A stretch of DNA of 64,000 nt from Mobula hypostoma. Taxonomy: Eukaryota. The position numbers and the translations under genes were made by a program. Location: the NCBI RefSeq assembly GCF_963921235.1, contig NC_086108.1, forward strand, positions 84,136,001 to 84,200,000, in the 5' to 3' direction. Position 1 is the first letter of the stretch. Each line of letters begins with the position of its first letter. The notes under the pieces were generated by a model. The model saw only the letters and a list, made by a program, of their open reading frames with translations, ran no database searches and was not told the origin of the DNA. Below are positions 40,846 through 52,869 of this stretch, in pieces.

Positions 40846-41716
40846 TTAATGAAACCCTCATCAGGGTACTAATTATATCAATAGCAATGACACAAGTTTG
40901 TGCTTGTAAGCACAATATATCCTCCATATATTTAATTATGATAAAAATACAAACGTAACTTGCAGCATATTTTTAATGTTAAAGAGAAGGATATTTAGCC
41001 ATCTGGATTACAGGGTGGAGAGCTGAGGGCAAATAAAAACTAAATATGAAAATATGAACACAGACATTTTTAAGTTTTGTATGAAACTGTAAACAAGGCC
41101 ATGTGTGCAGGTGAAACTATCTCTCAGTAATTCTAAGGATCAAATCCATGGTAGATATTTTGATTCAAATCACGCAGACCATAGAATTCTCCAGCTTTCG
41201 TATTCTTTTCATTGTAAACTAAGCACGAATGTATTACTCACATATGTGAACAATGAAGACAGCAATTAAGAGAGACTCAAATATCTTTCATGCAACAGCG
41301 TGTCAGACGTGTAAAATAGAGCAATCAGGGGACCTCATTGTAAATACATGAATGTAGAGTATTAAAATAGAAACACTCATATTTGTATTTTGATCCATTA
41401 ATCAAATGTGAGCATTTACAGTAATCATTATTTCAAATAGTCAAAGTTGCTTTATCATTATTTAGACTCCAGTGTCTGATATAAGCATGAAACCTTTCAA
41501 ACATTGTACAATACCATTCATCCTCTCAAAGTATCAAACAATGGGAGTAATTTCTATCACTACCATAACTCAACACTTGCTCATTTGTACCTAAGATACC
41601 TTAATTGTCAGTAATATCATAATTCTCTTTCTTATACTGTGCTCAGTCCAGTCTTCTCCCTACTCCCTTCTGTTGAGAAAATGCAAACCTGAAAAAAATA
41701 AGCTGACTGACCAATT

Positions 41717-42170
41717 TAAAAGTTGCTGGTGAACGCAGCAGGCCAGGCAGCATCTCTAGGAAGAGGTACAGTCGACGTTTCGGGCTGAGACCCTTCATCA
41801 GGACTAACTGAAAGAAAAGCTAGTAAGAGACTTGAAAGTGGGAGGGGGAGGGGGAGATCCGAAATGATAGGAGAGGACAGGAGGGTGAGGAATGGAGCCA
41901 AGAGCTGGACAGTTGATTGGCAAAAGGGATATGAGAGGACCATGGGACAGGAGGCCTAGGGAGAAAGAAAGGGGGAGGGGAGAAGCCCAGAGGGTGGGCA
42001 AGGGGTATAGTGAGAGGGACAGAGGGAGAAAAAGGCAAGAGAGAAAAAGAATGTGTGTGTATATAAATAAATAAATATCCCATCTGTTATTTATATATTT
42101 ATATACCCGTCTGTTTTTATATATACACACACACACACACACATTCTTTTTCTCTCTCTCTCCTTTTCTC
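41717..42170 (-). mobile_element. PLE 3' end, with a short inverted segment at about 42095-42170
   Basis: Close match to 10126-10520. Confidence 0.88.
41770..41805 (-). ncRNA. Minimal type-I hammerhead ribozyme motif, intact core
   Basis: AGUC CUGAUGA A GGGU-CUCA-GCCC GAAA CGUC GACU. Predicted cut between 41774 and 41773. Confidence 0.8.
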
Positions 42171-42589
42171 TAAAGTTATCCACTACCCTATCCACAAATT
42201 CACTTCTATAATACTCAGCTCTCTTCAGACTGCCTCCAAATTCAGACAGTTCAGGAGTCTCAATAAATTACTGACTTACTTTCAAGCCCCAAAGTTTGTC
42301 GACTCCATTTTTCACAAAAGTTCATCTGGCTATGCAAATTATCATTTCCTCTCCTGATGCATTCTAAATATATGGTCCGAACACAGAAGACCACATGTGA
42401 ACCACTCCATTTGGATTTCAAATAACATCCTTCTGAGATAGTGTTACAAATCACATCCTATCTGACTGTGATTAAGGTAATCGACCCATTTTCAGCTTTC
42501 TTAGTCAGTAGCCTTCAAAATATACAGTATAACTTTATTATTCTTCGATGACACCATTATTATTGTTGGACAGATAAATATATGGAAGT

Positions 42590-42837
42590 AACAACAGGAA
42601 GTCTGCAGATGCTGGAAACTCAAGCAACATACATCAAAGTTGCTGGTGAACGCAGCAGGCCAAGCAGCATCTGTAGGAAGAGGTGCAGTCGACATTTCAG
42701 GCCGAGACCCTTCGTCAGGACTAACTGAAGGAAGAGTGAGTAAGGGATTTGAAAGTTTCAAATTCCTTACTCACTCTTCCTTCAGTTAGTCCTGACGAAG
42801 GGTCTCGGCCTGAAACGTCGACTGCACCTCTTCCTAC
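42590..42837. mobile_element. PLE-end fold-back cassette with a 14-bp TSD
   Basis: aaatatatggaagt at 42576-42589 and 42838-42851. Inverted arms of 83 bp around G42755. Confidence 0.92.
42788..42823 (+). ncRNA. Minimal type-I hammerhead ribozyme motif, intact core; mirror copy at 42687-42722 on minus has GAAAUGUC
   Basis: AGTC CTGACGA AGGGTCTCGGCCT GAAA CGTC GACT. Predicted cut after C42819. Confidence 0.8.
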
Positions 42838-43204
42838 AAATATATGGAAGTGTTTGTTTCAGTCCTCTTCAAATTATCTCCCTTAACTATCCTTGAATTA
42901 GCACTGCTTCCTACACTCCTTTTCTGCAAATTTCCAAGCTGCTGTAAATTTAGCATGGACCACACATCAGTCTCTTCCCTTTCCTTCCTTTTATATTGCC
43001 ACCTCTATTTCAGGGAATAGTATAGCAACCAATATCCAACATAACTTCTATTTTCACCTGTGTCTTGTTAAGATTCTGTCCCATAGTCACAGTTTTCCCA
43101 CTTTATCTGCTCTGTAGATGAGACTTTTCATCCCAGTGTATTTTGGGTATCTTCCCTGTTCTTTAGCTGGGATCTGTCATTGAGAGACTCAGCAACATTT
43201 TGAG

Positions 43205-43397
43205 GACAACATTCCAAGTTCATGGGTATATTTAAGGTGGAAGTTGACAGGTTCTTGATTGGGCAGGGAATCAAAGGATATGGCATGAAGGCAGGTGTAC
43301 AAGGTTGAGTGGGATCCGGGATCAGCCATGATGGAATGGCAGAGTAGACTCAATGGGCTGAATGGTCTAACTTTGCTCCTATGTCTTATGATCTTAA
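43205..43397 (+). mobile_element. CR1 3'-end fragment
   Basis: Ends gggctgaatggtctaactttgctcctatgtcttatgatctta. Confidence 0.7.
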
Positions 43398-43457
43398 GGT
43401 TTTCTCAGTTCTCCAGTGCTAATGAGGGTCCATAACCTGAAAAGTATCTTTTTATTT

Positions 43458-43782
43458 GTGTGTGCCTGCGTGCATGCGAGTCAATGCGTGTGCGTGCATG
43501 CACGCCTGTGCATGCGCATCTGTGTGTCCGTGCGTGCATCTGTGATGACGTCCATTTCATGGCTTTTGACAAGGTGTGGAGCGAGAGAGAGACTGTGATA
43601 CGTCACTCCTCACACAGACATTTTCACAGTATTTTCCCTTTATTTTACGAGGCCAAGTTGTGATCTCGACACTCAACCCGACACAGATGGAAAGTGTACT
43701 TGGGAGCGGACCGGACTAGTTTCGAACCCGGGAACCTCCGCTCCCGGGTCCGGCGCCGATGTCGTTGTGCCACCAGCCAGCC
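43458..43782 (-). mobile_element. tRNA-derived SINE with an alternating purine-pyrimidine tail, inserted in a decayed PLE end
   Basis: Minus strand ggctggctggtggcacaacg (A box) ... gggttcgaaac (B box). Flanks aagtatctttt/aagtattttct. Confidence 0.75.
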
Positions 43783-44544
43783 CCAGAGAAGTATTTTCTA
43801 TTTCTCTCTTCATTAATGTCGCTTGATCTGCAGCGTCCTTTCAACCTTTTCTGTTCTTGCCTTGGATTTTCAGCACCTGCAGTTTTTTTGACCCAACCTC
43901 CCCTCCCTTGTTCCGTTGGGTCGTTGCCTTGTTCTGTTCATTGGCAAAAATCAGCTGTAACACCTTCCTTTCCATTTCTGCTCCACAACTTGTGATGTTC
44001 CTTGTTGCTCTTTGTTGGATTGCCAGAGGAACCACTACCATCATACAATTCTTCCTCACCACCACCTCTTCCAACCCTGGTATTTTGGGAAGAAAGCCAT
44101 TATTTTCAATTCAATCCAAAAGCCATGGCTCTATTTCTTCTGGAATTCACTATTCCATTCCACTCTGACCAGCCTCACATTTTCCACTTACCATTAAAGT
44201 CATCCAAATTTTACTATATGTATCCTAAATTTCCTGTTACTTTCACCCATCATATCTTTGCTTTATCTACGCTGGCTTATGGCTGAATCATGCCTCAGTA
44301 CTAAAAATCTTGTCCTTGTTTTCAAATCCCTCCATAGACATTACCTCTGCAATCACCTACAAATCTGCAATCTTATCTGTGCTCCTTCAAACAAGGTCTC
44401 AGTACATTCTCAGTTTTAAATGATTCTACCACTGGCAATCATGCATTCAACTGTTGACATCGTAGGATCTAGAATTCCTTCCCTAAACCACGATGCCTCT
44501 TTTCCCTACTTTATGACTCTTAGATCAGTATTCAATTATACTCG

Positions 44545-45165
44545 TGCCCAAGAGAGTGTGGTGACCTGCCTTAATGACCATTGCCCACTTACATCAACAG
44601 CAATGAAATGTTTTGAGAGGCCAGTAATGAAATATATCAGCTCCTTCCTGAGAGGTGACTTGGATCCTCTCCAATTTGTCTAATGGAGCAATAGGTTCAC
44701 AACAGATGCCACCTCATTGGCCCTTCCCTCAATCCTGGAACATCTGGGCAGTAAAGATGCATGCATCAGGATACTGATCCTGATGCTTATCAACTACAGC
44801 TCAGCATTCAATACCATCATCCCCTCAAAATTAATCAATAAGCTCCAAGACCTTGGCCTCAAAACCTCCATGTGCAACTGGATTCTGAATTTCATCATTT
44901 GCAGACCCCAGTCAGTTTAGATTGGCAATAACATCTCCTCCACAATCTCCATAAGCATAGGTGCACCACAAAGCTGTGTGCTTAGCCCCCTGCTCTATTC
45001 GCTTAACACCTATGACTGTGTAGCTAAGCACAGCTCCAATCCCATATTCAAGTTTGCTAATTGCACTATTGTTGTGGGCCGAATCCAAGGTGGTGATGAA
45101 TCAGCCTACAGGAAGGAGATTGAAATTTGGTTAGTGCTGTCATATCAACAACCTCTCACTCAAAA
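44545..45165 (+). mobile_element. Rex1-like RT fragment
   Basis: [42 protein letters not shown]. Confidence 0.85.
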
Positions 45166-45174
45166 CTTCTATAG

Positions 45175-46830
45175 ATAACATTGCTTTCATATCTGCTCTC
45201 ACCACTTCCTCTGGGAGTGTGTTCCAGGCACCTAGTGTTCTCTGTGTAAAACAAATGCTTTGTAACTCTCCTTTAAACTTCCCCCCTCTATCTTAAAGCT
45301 GTGTCATCTGGTATTTGATATTAATACCCTGGGAAAAAAGTCCCTGACTAGCTGCCCTATCCACATCTCTCATAATTTTGTATACTTCTATCAGGTAGCC
45401 CTGATGCTCCAGAGAAAACTACCCAATTTTGTCTAACCTCTCCTTCTGGCTTTCTCATCCTGGTGAACCTCCTTTGCACCCTCTTCAAAGTATGTAGATC
45501 CTTCCTGCAATGCAGGAAACCAGAACCACATGCAATACTCCAAATGTGGCCTAACCAAAGTCTTACACAGCTGGAACATGATCTGCCAAATTTTATACTG
45601 AATTCCCTGAGTAATAAAGACAAGTATGCAATACATCTTCATTACTTTCCTGTCTACTGTTTAACCACTTTCAGGGAGTGACAGACTTGCACGCCAAGAT
45701 CACTCTGAATATCAATCTCCTAAAAGTCCTGCCATTTATTGTATACCTCTCATAGCAAGTAAAGCACCTCACACTTGTCTGGATTAAACTTAATTTACCA
45801 TTTATTTCTTTGCCAATCAACCAGTCTATATCCTGCTGAATCCTTTGATAACCTTTCTCACTGTCCACAACTCTGTCAATTTTTATATCATTTGCAATCT
45901 TACTAATTAGCCTACCTAAATTTTTGTCCAAATCATTTATATACAATCACAAGTAAAAGAGGTCTCAGCACTAAGAATGCCACTGGTCACAGACCTCCAG
46001 TCAGACTAATACCCTTCCAACACTTTCCTCCTTATTCCTTGGCCATGTCAATTTTGAATCTAAACTACTAAGTCTCCGTGGAGCTGGTCTGCCTTAATCT
46101 TCTCAAATAGTCTACCATGAGGGATCTTGTAAAATGCATTAAAATCCATGTGGACAATATCCTCTTCCCTACCGTTTCTTCAAAATTCTCATTCAAGTTT
46201 GCAAGAGATCAGCCCCTCCTGCACAAAGTCATGTTGAATATCCCTAATAAAATAATACTTTTCCAGATGTGGACAGATCCAATACCTAAGAATCTTTTTG
46301 AATTATGTCACTGCTACTGATTCATAGCTCAAGGGTCTGTAATTTCCTAGTTTGCCTCTACTGCCCTTCTTAAACAGAGGAACAACGTTGTCCAGTGCTC
46401 TGGGACTTTGGCCGTGGCTAAAGAGGATGCAAATATCTCTGTCAGGGCCCCAGCAATTTCCTCTCTTGCCTCCCTCAATAACCTGGCTAGGTTCCATCGT
46501 GTCCAAGTGATTTATTCACCTTGATGTTCTTCAAGAGACCCACAAACTTCTCTCACTTCGGATCAACATTAGAGTTAGATGTAAGACAAGAAAATCTATA
46601 AATGATATAAATAAATAAATATTGTGAAAACAAAGGAATAATGAGATAGGGTTCATGCGCAAGAACGCCAGCACACTGCTTCTGATCTCGCTATCCTCCA
46701 CATCCTTCCCCTTGGTGAAAACCAATGTGAAATGCTTGTCCAAATCTACGGTGCCAGCACAACTTCCTTTCTTTGGCCTCACTGGCCTACCCTCTCCCTT
46801 GTTCGGGATTCTCTTTAATCCCACTCCACA
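45175..46830 (-). mobile_element. Degraded CR1 ORF2 and 3' fragment
   Basis: VVPLFKKGSRGKLGNYRP, YINDLD...ISKIAND, LVRPHLEYC. Confidence 0.85.
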
Positions 46831-48519
46831 ATGACATTTCGTGGCCCATTTTCAAAGATTCAAAGTAAATTTATTATCAAACTGTGGATGCAGTACACAA
46901 CGCTGAGATTCTTCTTCCCACAGACAGCCACGAAACAAAGAAACATCATGGAACCCGTTCAAAAAAAACATAAAATACCCAACGTGCAAAAAGAACAAAT
47001 CATGCAAACAGTAAAAAATGAGCCAAAAGTACACAGAATATAAAACATCAGACCACAGCGTCTTTGAAACAGTCTGGGAATGTTCAATTCAGCTCAGTTT
47101 AGTGCTATGTCATTCATTGAGTGCAGGCCGCAGTGCTGATGATAATATATCAGACCATCTTCTCTAGAACCTCCTGAGAGGGCTCAGTCTGAATTTTATT
47201 TGGCCAGTTTTGAAGGGCTCCAGTCATTTTACTACATCAAACACATTATATAAATGTTATTGCTGAATCATAATCAAGTATCACCTTCACATAAAATTAG
47301 GCTTATTGGTATTGTCAAATGGATGAGAGACAGCAAAAGTTGTTCAGCCCCAATATTACGGTCATGCATTATATCCTTTGAAATTACTCATTATTTGTAA
47401 TTAAGCACTTAAAGGTCAAGCAGAGTTGGTTGCAGAACAGCTGGACTTTTAGTTAAAGATCTGCCTAGGTTGTCTACCACCTGATGGCATGAAATTTAAT
47501 TCTCCAGTTTCCCTCCTTTATTCCTTTTCTCTCCCCTCCTGATCTATCCCATCCATCCTATGACTACCTTTCACACCCTGTTTCTTTCCTCATCCTCTGA
47601 TTGTTCCTATTTGCTTACTGCACTCCATCTAATTTGGTTCCATACTCTACCTTTCTTTCCTATCACATTCCATCTTTTACAGCCTCTTATTCCATCACCT
47701 ATACCCACTCAGCCAATGCTGCTGTTGCCATTCCCCTCTCTTCCATCTGCTTATCACCCCTCTTGGATCTACCTATCACCTTTCAGTTCCTGTTCTACCC
47801 TTTGCCTGCACATCTTTCAGTGCTGGTGAAGTGTCTCATCCCAAAACACTGGCTGTCCACTTCCCTCCACAGAAATTACCTGACCTGCTGTTCCTCCAGT
47901 ATTATGATCTTAGTTTAAGCTTCACCTTCCTTTCCTATCACATTATTCAGTTAGTCAGGTTTCTACTTGGTCAGATCTATTACTAAGATGAAGAGCTAGG
48001 AGAATATGAATTTCAGAATGGAAGCAAATGGAAATCATGTGAGTAGCTTGGTATGTGCATTTGCTACCAGGCACTCTCTGATACCAACAAGGGTGACTGC
48101 AAAGAGGTAATGAATAAATGAGAAAGATCAAAAGCAAAGTAAACTTGTTTATCCACAAGAAAAATAAAATTATATTGTGACCATTTCTCATTCCTAATTC
48201 ACTGATGCTGATAAAAAATTATCACAAGTAAACAAACAATGGGCTAAATGCCATTACTGTCAAATTCTGAGCCATTACAGAATGTGAAAATATACTCACA
48301 GGGCAGTCAATTGAATCCCAATTACATTTTATTGTGGCTTCTTTTAAAAATAATAATAAGCCGGGACAAAGTTGACATTTTGTTTTCTTTTCTCTGCAGT
48401 ATGTTGTTATAGTGGGATAGAGCAAGCTTTCCCTTCCTCAAAGTTCTTTTTCATGTTTTAAAAATAACTGCAGTCATCTATTGGTAGAATTTTGCCCAGA
48501 AGAAAAAACATTGCACTAT

Positions 48520-48815
48520 GAAACACACACAATATGCTGGAGGAACTCAGCAGGCCAGGCTGAGTACAGTCAATGTTTCGGGCTGTGACCCTTCGGCAGA
48601 ACCAAATTTTTTCTGAAATACTGTTCTTCCATTCTATCGTACTTATTTCTTATACTTTACAAATATCACACGCCAACAAAGGTCCTGATGAAGGGTCTCG
48701 GCCCAAGACGTCAACTGTACTTTTTTCCATAGATGCTGCCTGGCCTGCTGAGTACCTCCAGCATTTTGTTTATGTTGCTTGGATTTCCAGCATCTGCAGA
48801 TTTTCTTTTTGTTTG
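48520..48815. mobile_element. Inverted pair of PLE ends, decayed hammerheads
   Basis: Minus copy at 48520-48600; plus copy at 48681-48815 (cctgatgaagggtctcggcccaagacgtcaactg). Confidence 0.8.
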
Positions 48816-49204
48816 TTACTGCACCACGAAACCTGGTATTCCATTAGTATCCTCATTCCAAACTTTTCAATGTCTGGAATAAAGTTATATACTATGTAAA
48901 TTCACTTATTTTATTTTGGCTGGCAATTCTTTTCTCACTTACTCTTACATTTATCATGTCTACTCCTTTCTCCCCAGACTCTAGCTGTTTAAGAACATCA
49001 ACTTTCAGTAATTTCCATAAGCTAGCAATCTACAAGTTAAAGTTCACTGCTTCAGACCGTCCTGTCCAACTGCTTTGATCTTCACAATGCTGGTTACACC
49101 ATTATCCTACCACTGTCTAATGTATTGTTAGGGGACTTGGTTTCATTATTTTTTTACATGAGGTTCTTATGCTGTTAATACATGCAGCAAAAAATAACTA
49201 TCTG

Positions 49205-49345
49205 AGAACACAAGTGACTTTTGCAGATGCTGGAAATCTTGAGGAGCATGCACAAAATGCTGGAGGAACTCAGCAAGTCAGGCAACATCTATGGAAGTGA
49301 ATAAACAGTCGATGTTTTGGGCCAAGACCTTGCTTCTGGAGTCCT
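49205..49345 (-). mobile_element. PLE 3' end, decayed
   Basis: gcagatgctggaaatc...aaaatgctggaggaactcagcaagtcaggcaacatctatgg. Confidence 0.75.
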
Positions 49346-49895
49346 GGACCAAGTTCTATTGCTTCATTTGTTTCCAGGCATTATATTACAAGATTATAGC
49401 ATTTGTGTGTCGAGAATATTTTGAAAGTCATGAGCCACTGCAAGAGTGTAATAATTAAAAACTAGTGAAAATTGATCAAGACACCCAAAAGAAGATAGTT
49501 TGATCTCCAAAATATAAAACATTTAATGGTGAAATTGAATGAAAAAAGGTGAAGACCAGAAAGCTACAACAAAGGAGAAAATGGAAGAATTAAATAGAAA
49601 AACTTCACCATTTGTCTCCAACATTTACAGCTTTGCTGTTGCTGCTCTGTTCGGTTGTTTCTGTTTTGAAAACCTTGTTGTCCTTGAAAGACTCAATGTC
49701 TTTCATGCATATTCTACTGATAAAGTTATTCTTCCCTAACTCAAAACTTTTTAACATCCACATTTCCATGGCTCACTAACCATTATAACATCAAAACTAT
49801 CAACAATTTCTCAGGCCATTTTTGAATAGATCTGATCTCATTACAAAAATATGGGAAATACAAAGCACCATCATATAGATTTAACAAAAACTCAC

Positions 49896-49991
49896 CTTAT
49901 GACAACATCATAGTCATCAATTCTTGACCCAAGAGATTTGTTGGCTACTATTCCTCCATTGCCCATGATGATGCAGCGCTTGCAGCTTAAA
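49896..49991 (-). CDS. ST3GAL3: ST3GAL3 exon, 96 bp, first half of sialylmotif L
   Basis: Acceptor ctctttcag| and donor |gtgag. Reads (S)LSCKRCIIMGNGGIVANKSLGSRIDDYDVVI(R), a classic GT29 sialylmotif L. Not present in the ORF track. Confidence 0.93.
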
Positions 49992-52869
49992 CTGAAAGAG
50001 ACAATGATTATTTTAGTCTCTGAGAAAATGTCAATTCAATATCAAACTATACTTGAAATAAAAATCTTACGTTCACCCCACTACATCACTATTAAAATAG
50101 GCAAATGCAAATTTCTGTCAAAACTGAACTGCCAATTTCTTGGAAGTCTCTACGTGAAAGATATCCAATTCTTGTAATGGCAAAGGTAGGGTGAGTGATA
50201 GGTTGCATTTTACCCTTTGAAATGCTGTTTCCTTATTCCAATGAAGAAAGACAAAGTCCCTATAGTTAACAAGATAAGTAACCCTTAGGCTGCAGCATTA
50301 TTCAGGCTGGATAATAAATATGGTGGCCCATGGTTTTAAGCTTCAACTACGTTAGAAAGTATTGTGGAATGATGATTGAGGTACTGTGCCTACAGTTACA
50401 AATTCAAATCCTATCCAGGCAATTGAAAGTTTAAATTAAAATAGTTATGTACACATGAATATTCAAATTAGGATTATGCCACTCAGTCCTGATCAGCCCA
50501 CTCCACCATTTAATGAGAACGTGCTTATCTGTTTGTAACCGCAACTCCACATTCTGTTCTACCCACCGTATCCTTTCACCCCCCCACCCATTATCAAATA
50601 TCAATCTATCCCGGCCTTATTTTCTCCCAGAGACTCTGCTTCCTCTGCCCTTTGAGGAAGAGAGTTCCAGAGATCCCTGACTCTCAGAAAAATAAAACTG
50701 CAATGTTAAAGTCAGCATGAAATATATATTTTTAAATTCTTCAGGGACAGTAGTCTGCAATTTTTGTACCTGTTTTATCTTGAATGCGAACTGGGCCTAT
50801 AACTTGATTGGTTATTGATCAATGTGTGAATGGGCTGAACAAAGCACTTGGTCTGGGAGGTGGTGCAGGCAGCATCGGCAATTAAGATTAAACAAGAGGT
50901 GCTGGTTTCACCAGCTATATCCAACCTTCAAAATAAATATAACAAAACCTAAGCTGCATGACTTGAATAGATTATATTGTACAATTTGGGAAATACAATT
51001 GTTTTTTTGAAATCAATATGAAAGCACAATGGTTTGTAAGGACTCGGCTGATAGATATTTTTTGTATAAGTAGAAGCAGCTCCAAATAGATTGGAAACAT
51101 CCAAGCTAGGCAATGACTATATGCGAAGAAACAAATACATTTAATGTGGGAGTTGAAAATGGTCCGGAACACGTTGACAGCTAGCCGAGGTGTCCGTGGA
51201 GAACTGCTGGCCAGCTGCACACTCAACAGCATGTTCCAGACATCCGCATCTGCGCACTCCAGTACAGAAGTTGGGATCATGTTGGAGGGCAGAGGTGCAC
51301 TCATCTAATCTCAAATCCCGGGATATGCTGTAAATTGGCAAATCAAGCATCAGGACGCATTTCCTATCTAGCTCTTGAGCTTTATGCCACCTACTGAATG
51401 CATTGAATGTGGTTGCCAACTGTCATTTTAAAGGAGAATTTTAAGTCTATTTTTCCTTTATTTTAATACTTATTTACATTTTGTAGTAATTTAACAGTAG
51501 TTTCTTATATTCTTAGACAAAATTATCATTTTCAATGTTCATGTCTATATTTTGTTCGTGGACATTAGGACACAGTGAAATTATGCCGCCAGTAGCCCAT
51601 CAGAGCAGACCACGGACTTAGTTCCTGCCACCTAGCGTGAGCCACTGAGATGATGCTGTCGGTGTGCTGGAAACCAGACTGCCACTGGTCTAGTGTGTAC
51701 AATGACTGTAAGACATAAGCCAATGTAGCATGATCTCATTCAAACATTAATTCTGAGTATTTGCAAAGTGATGTTCATTCACTGGGCAACAGAGAAACAA
51801 ACCAACACTTGAACACAACTCATTTTCTTTTATTGAAAGCTTAGAAAAATGAACTGATAATTAGAGGAACATTAGTTTGGCAAATGTGGTAGGAAAATAA
51901 AATTTATTACACTTGAACTAAAACAAAAGCAGCCAGGGAGTGAAAAGGAAATGTACACAAACCAACATGGAATTACAAAAAAGGAGGTTGGGTTCCAGAG
52001 ACTTATTAAAATCTTTGAGGATGTCCTATTGTTTCAGGATGAAGGCGATTTGGGAGATATTAAACATATTGACTTCAGAAAGTATTCAACATGTTTTTTT
52101 ACACAAAACCAATGGCAAAAATAAAATCTCTTGGGATTATGAGGGAAATTTGGAATTGGAGTATTAACTGGCCAGATAATAGGAAACAGAAGAGTTATCA
52201 ATGGCAATAATTCTAATTGAGCAGCTGTGACCAAAGTTCCCAAGGGATCTAACCTGGAATTCCTGCTGTTTATAACATTTATTAAAGTTCTCAGTAAAGG
52301 TATTGTGAATATAAAATTAAAGAAGACATGATTTATATAAAATGTTTTTAATAATTCCAAGAAACATTTTATTTTAAAGAATGTCAACTCAGACTTAGCT
52401 AGATGATGAATTTTTTAATCAATCATTTGTTAAATTACTATATATATTAAATATCTTCAATAATTCCAGGAAATTTCAATAATGAGAATTGAAATCTTGG
52501 TACATGTGGTAACTTTCAGCCAATGACCCTGTTAAAGTGCTGCTTATAATTTTGTTCTGATTAGTGAAATTAATTCTACTAATCAAAATCATCTGCAATT
52601 TATTAGAAAACAGACTGCGGCCATAAACCGTGTGTGATTAGAAGAACCAGAAGGCATAATTGCTGTCATTTTACCAGATGCAAATAGACAAATAAAATAT
52701 CTATTCCATATCCTGGGAAAACACACATTTTGGACCAGTGGAAAGTTTAATGCCACCACCTGCACCTGTAAAGTATATTCTAATTGACCTATCAATTCAA
52801 TTCTTTGAAAGAAATCTTTCAAAAGTTTGCTTCTCTCTCTGGGGAGATACCAATAAAACATATCATTAA

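Noticed and set aside
43458..43545. Z-DNA-like alternating purine-pyrimidine tract as a regulatory element
   Set aside because: Explained as the decayed microsatellite tail of the adjoining SINE.
43700..43782. tRNA gene
   Set aside because: A and B boxes are present, but there is no convincing cloverleaf and the sequence continues into a SINE body shared with 40645.
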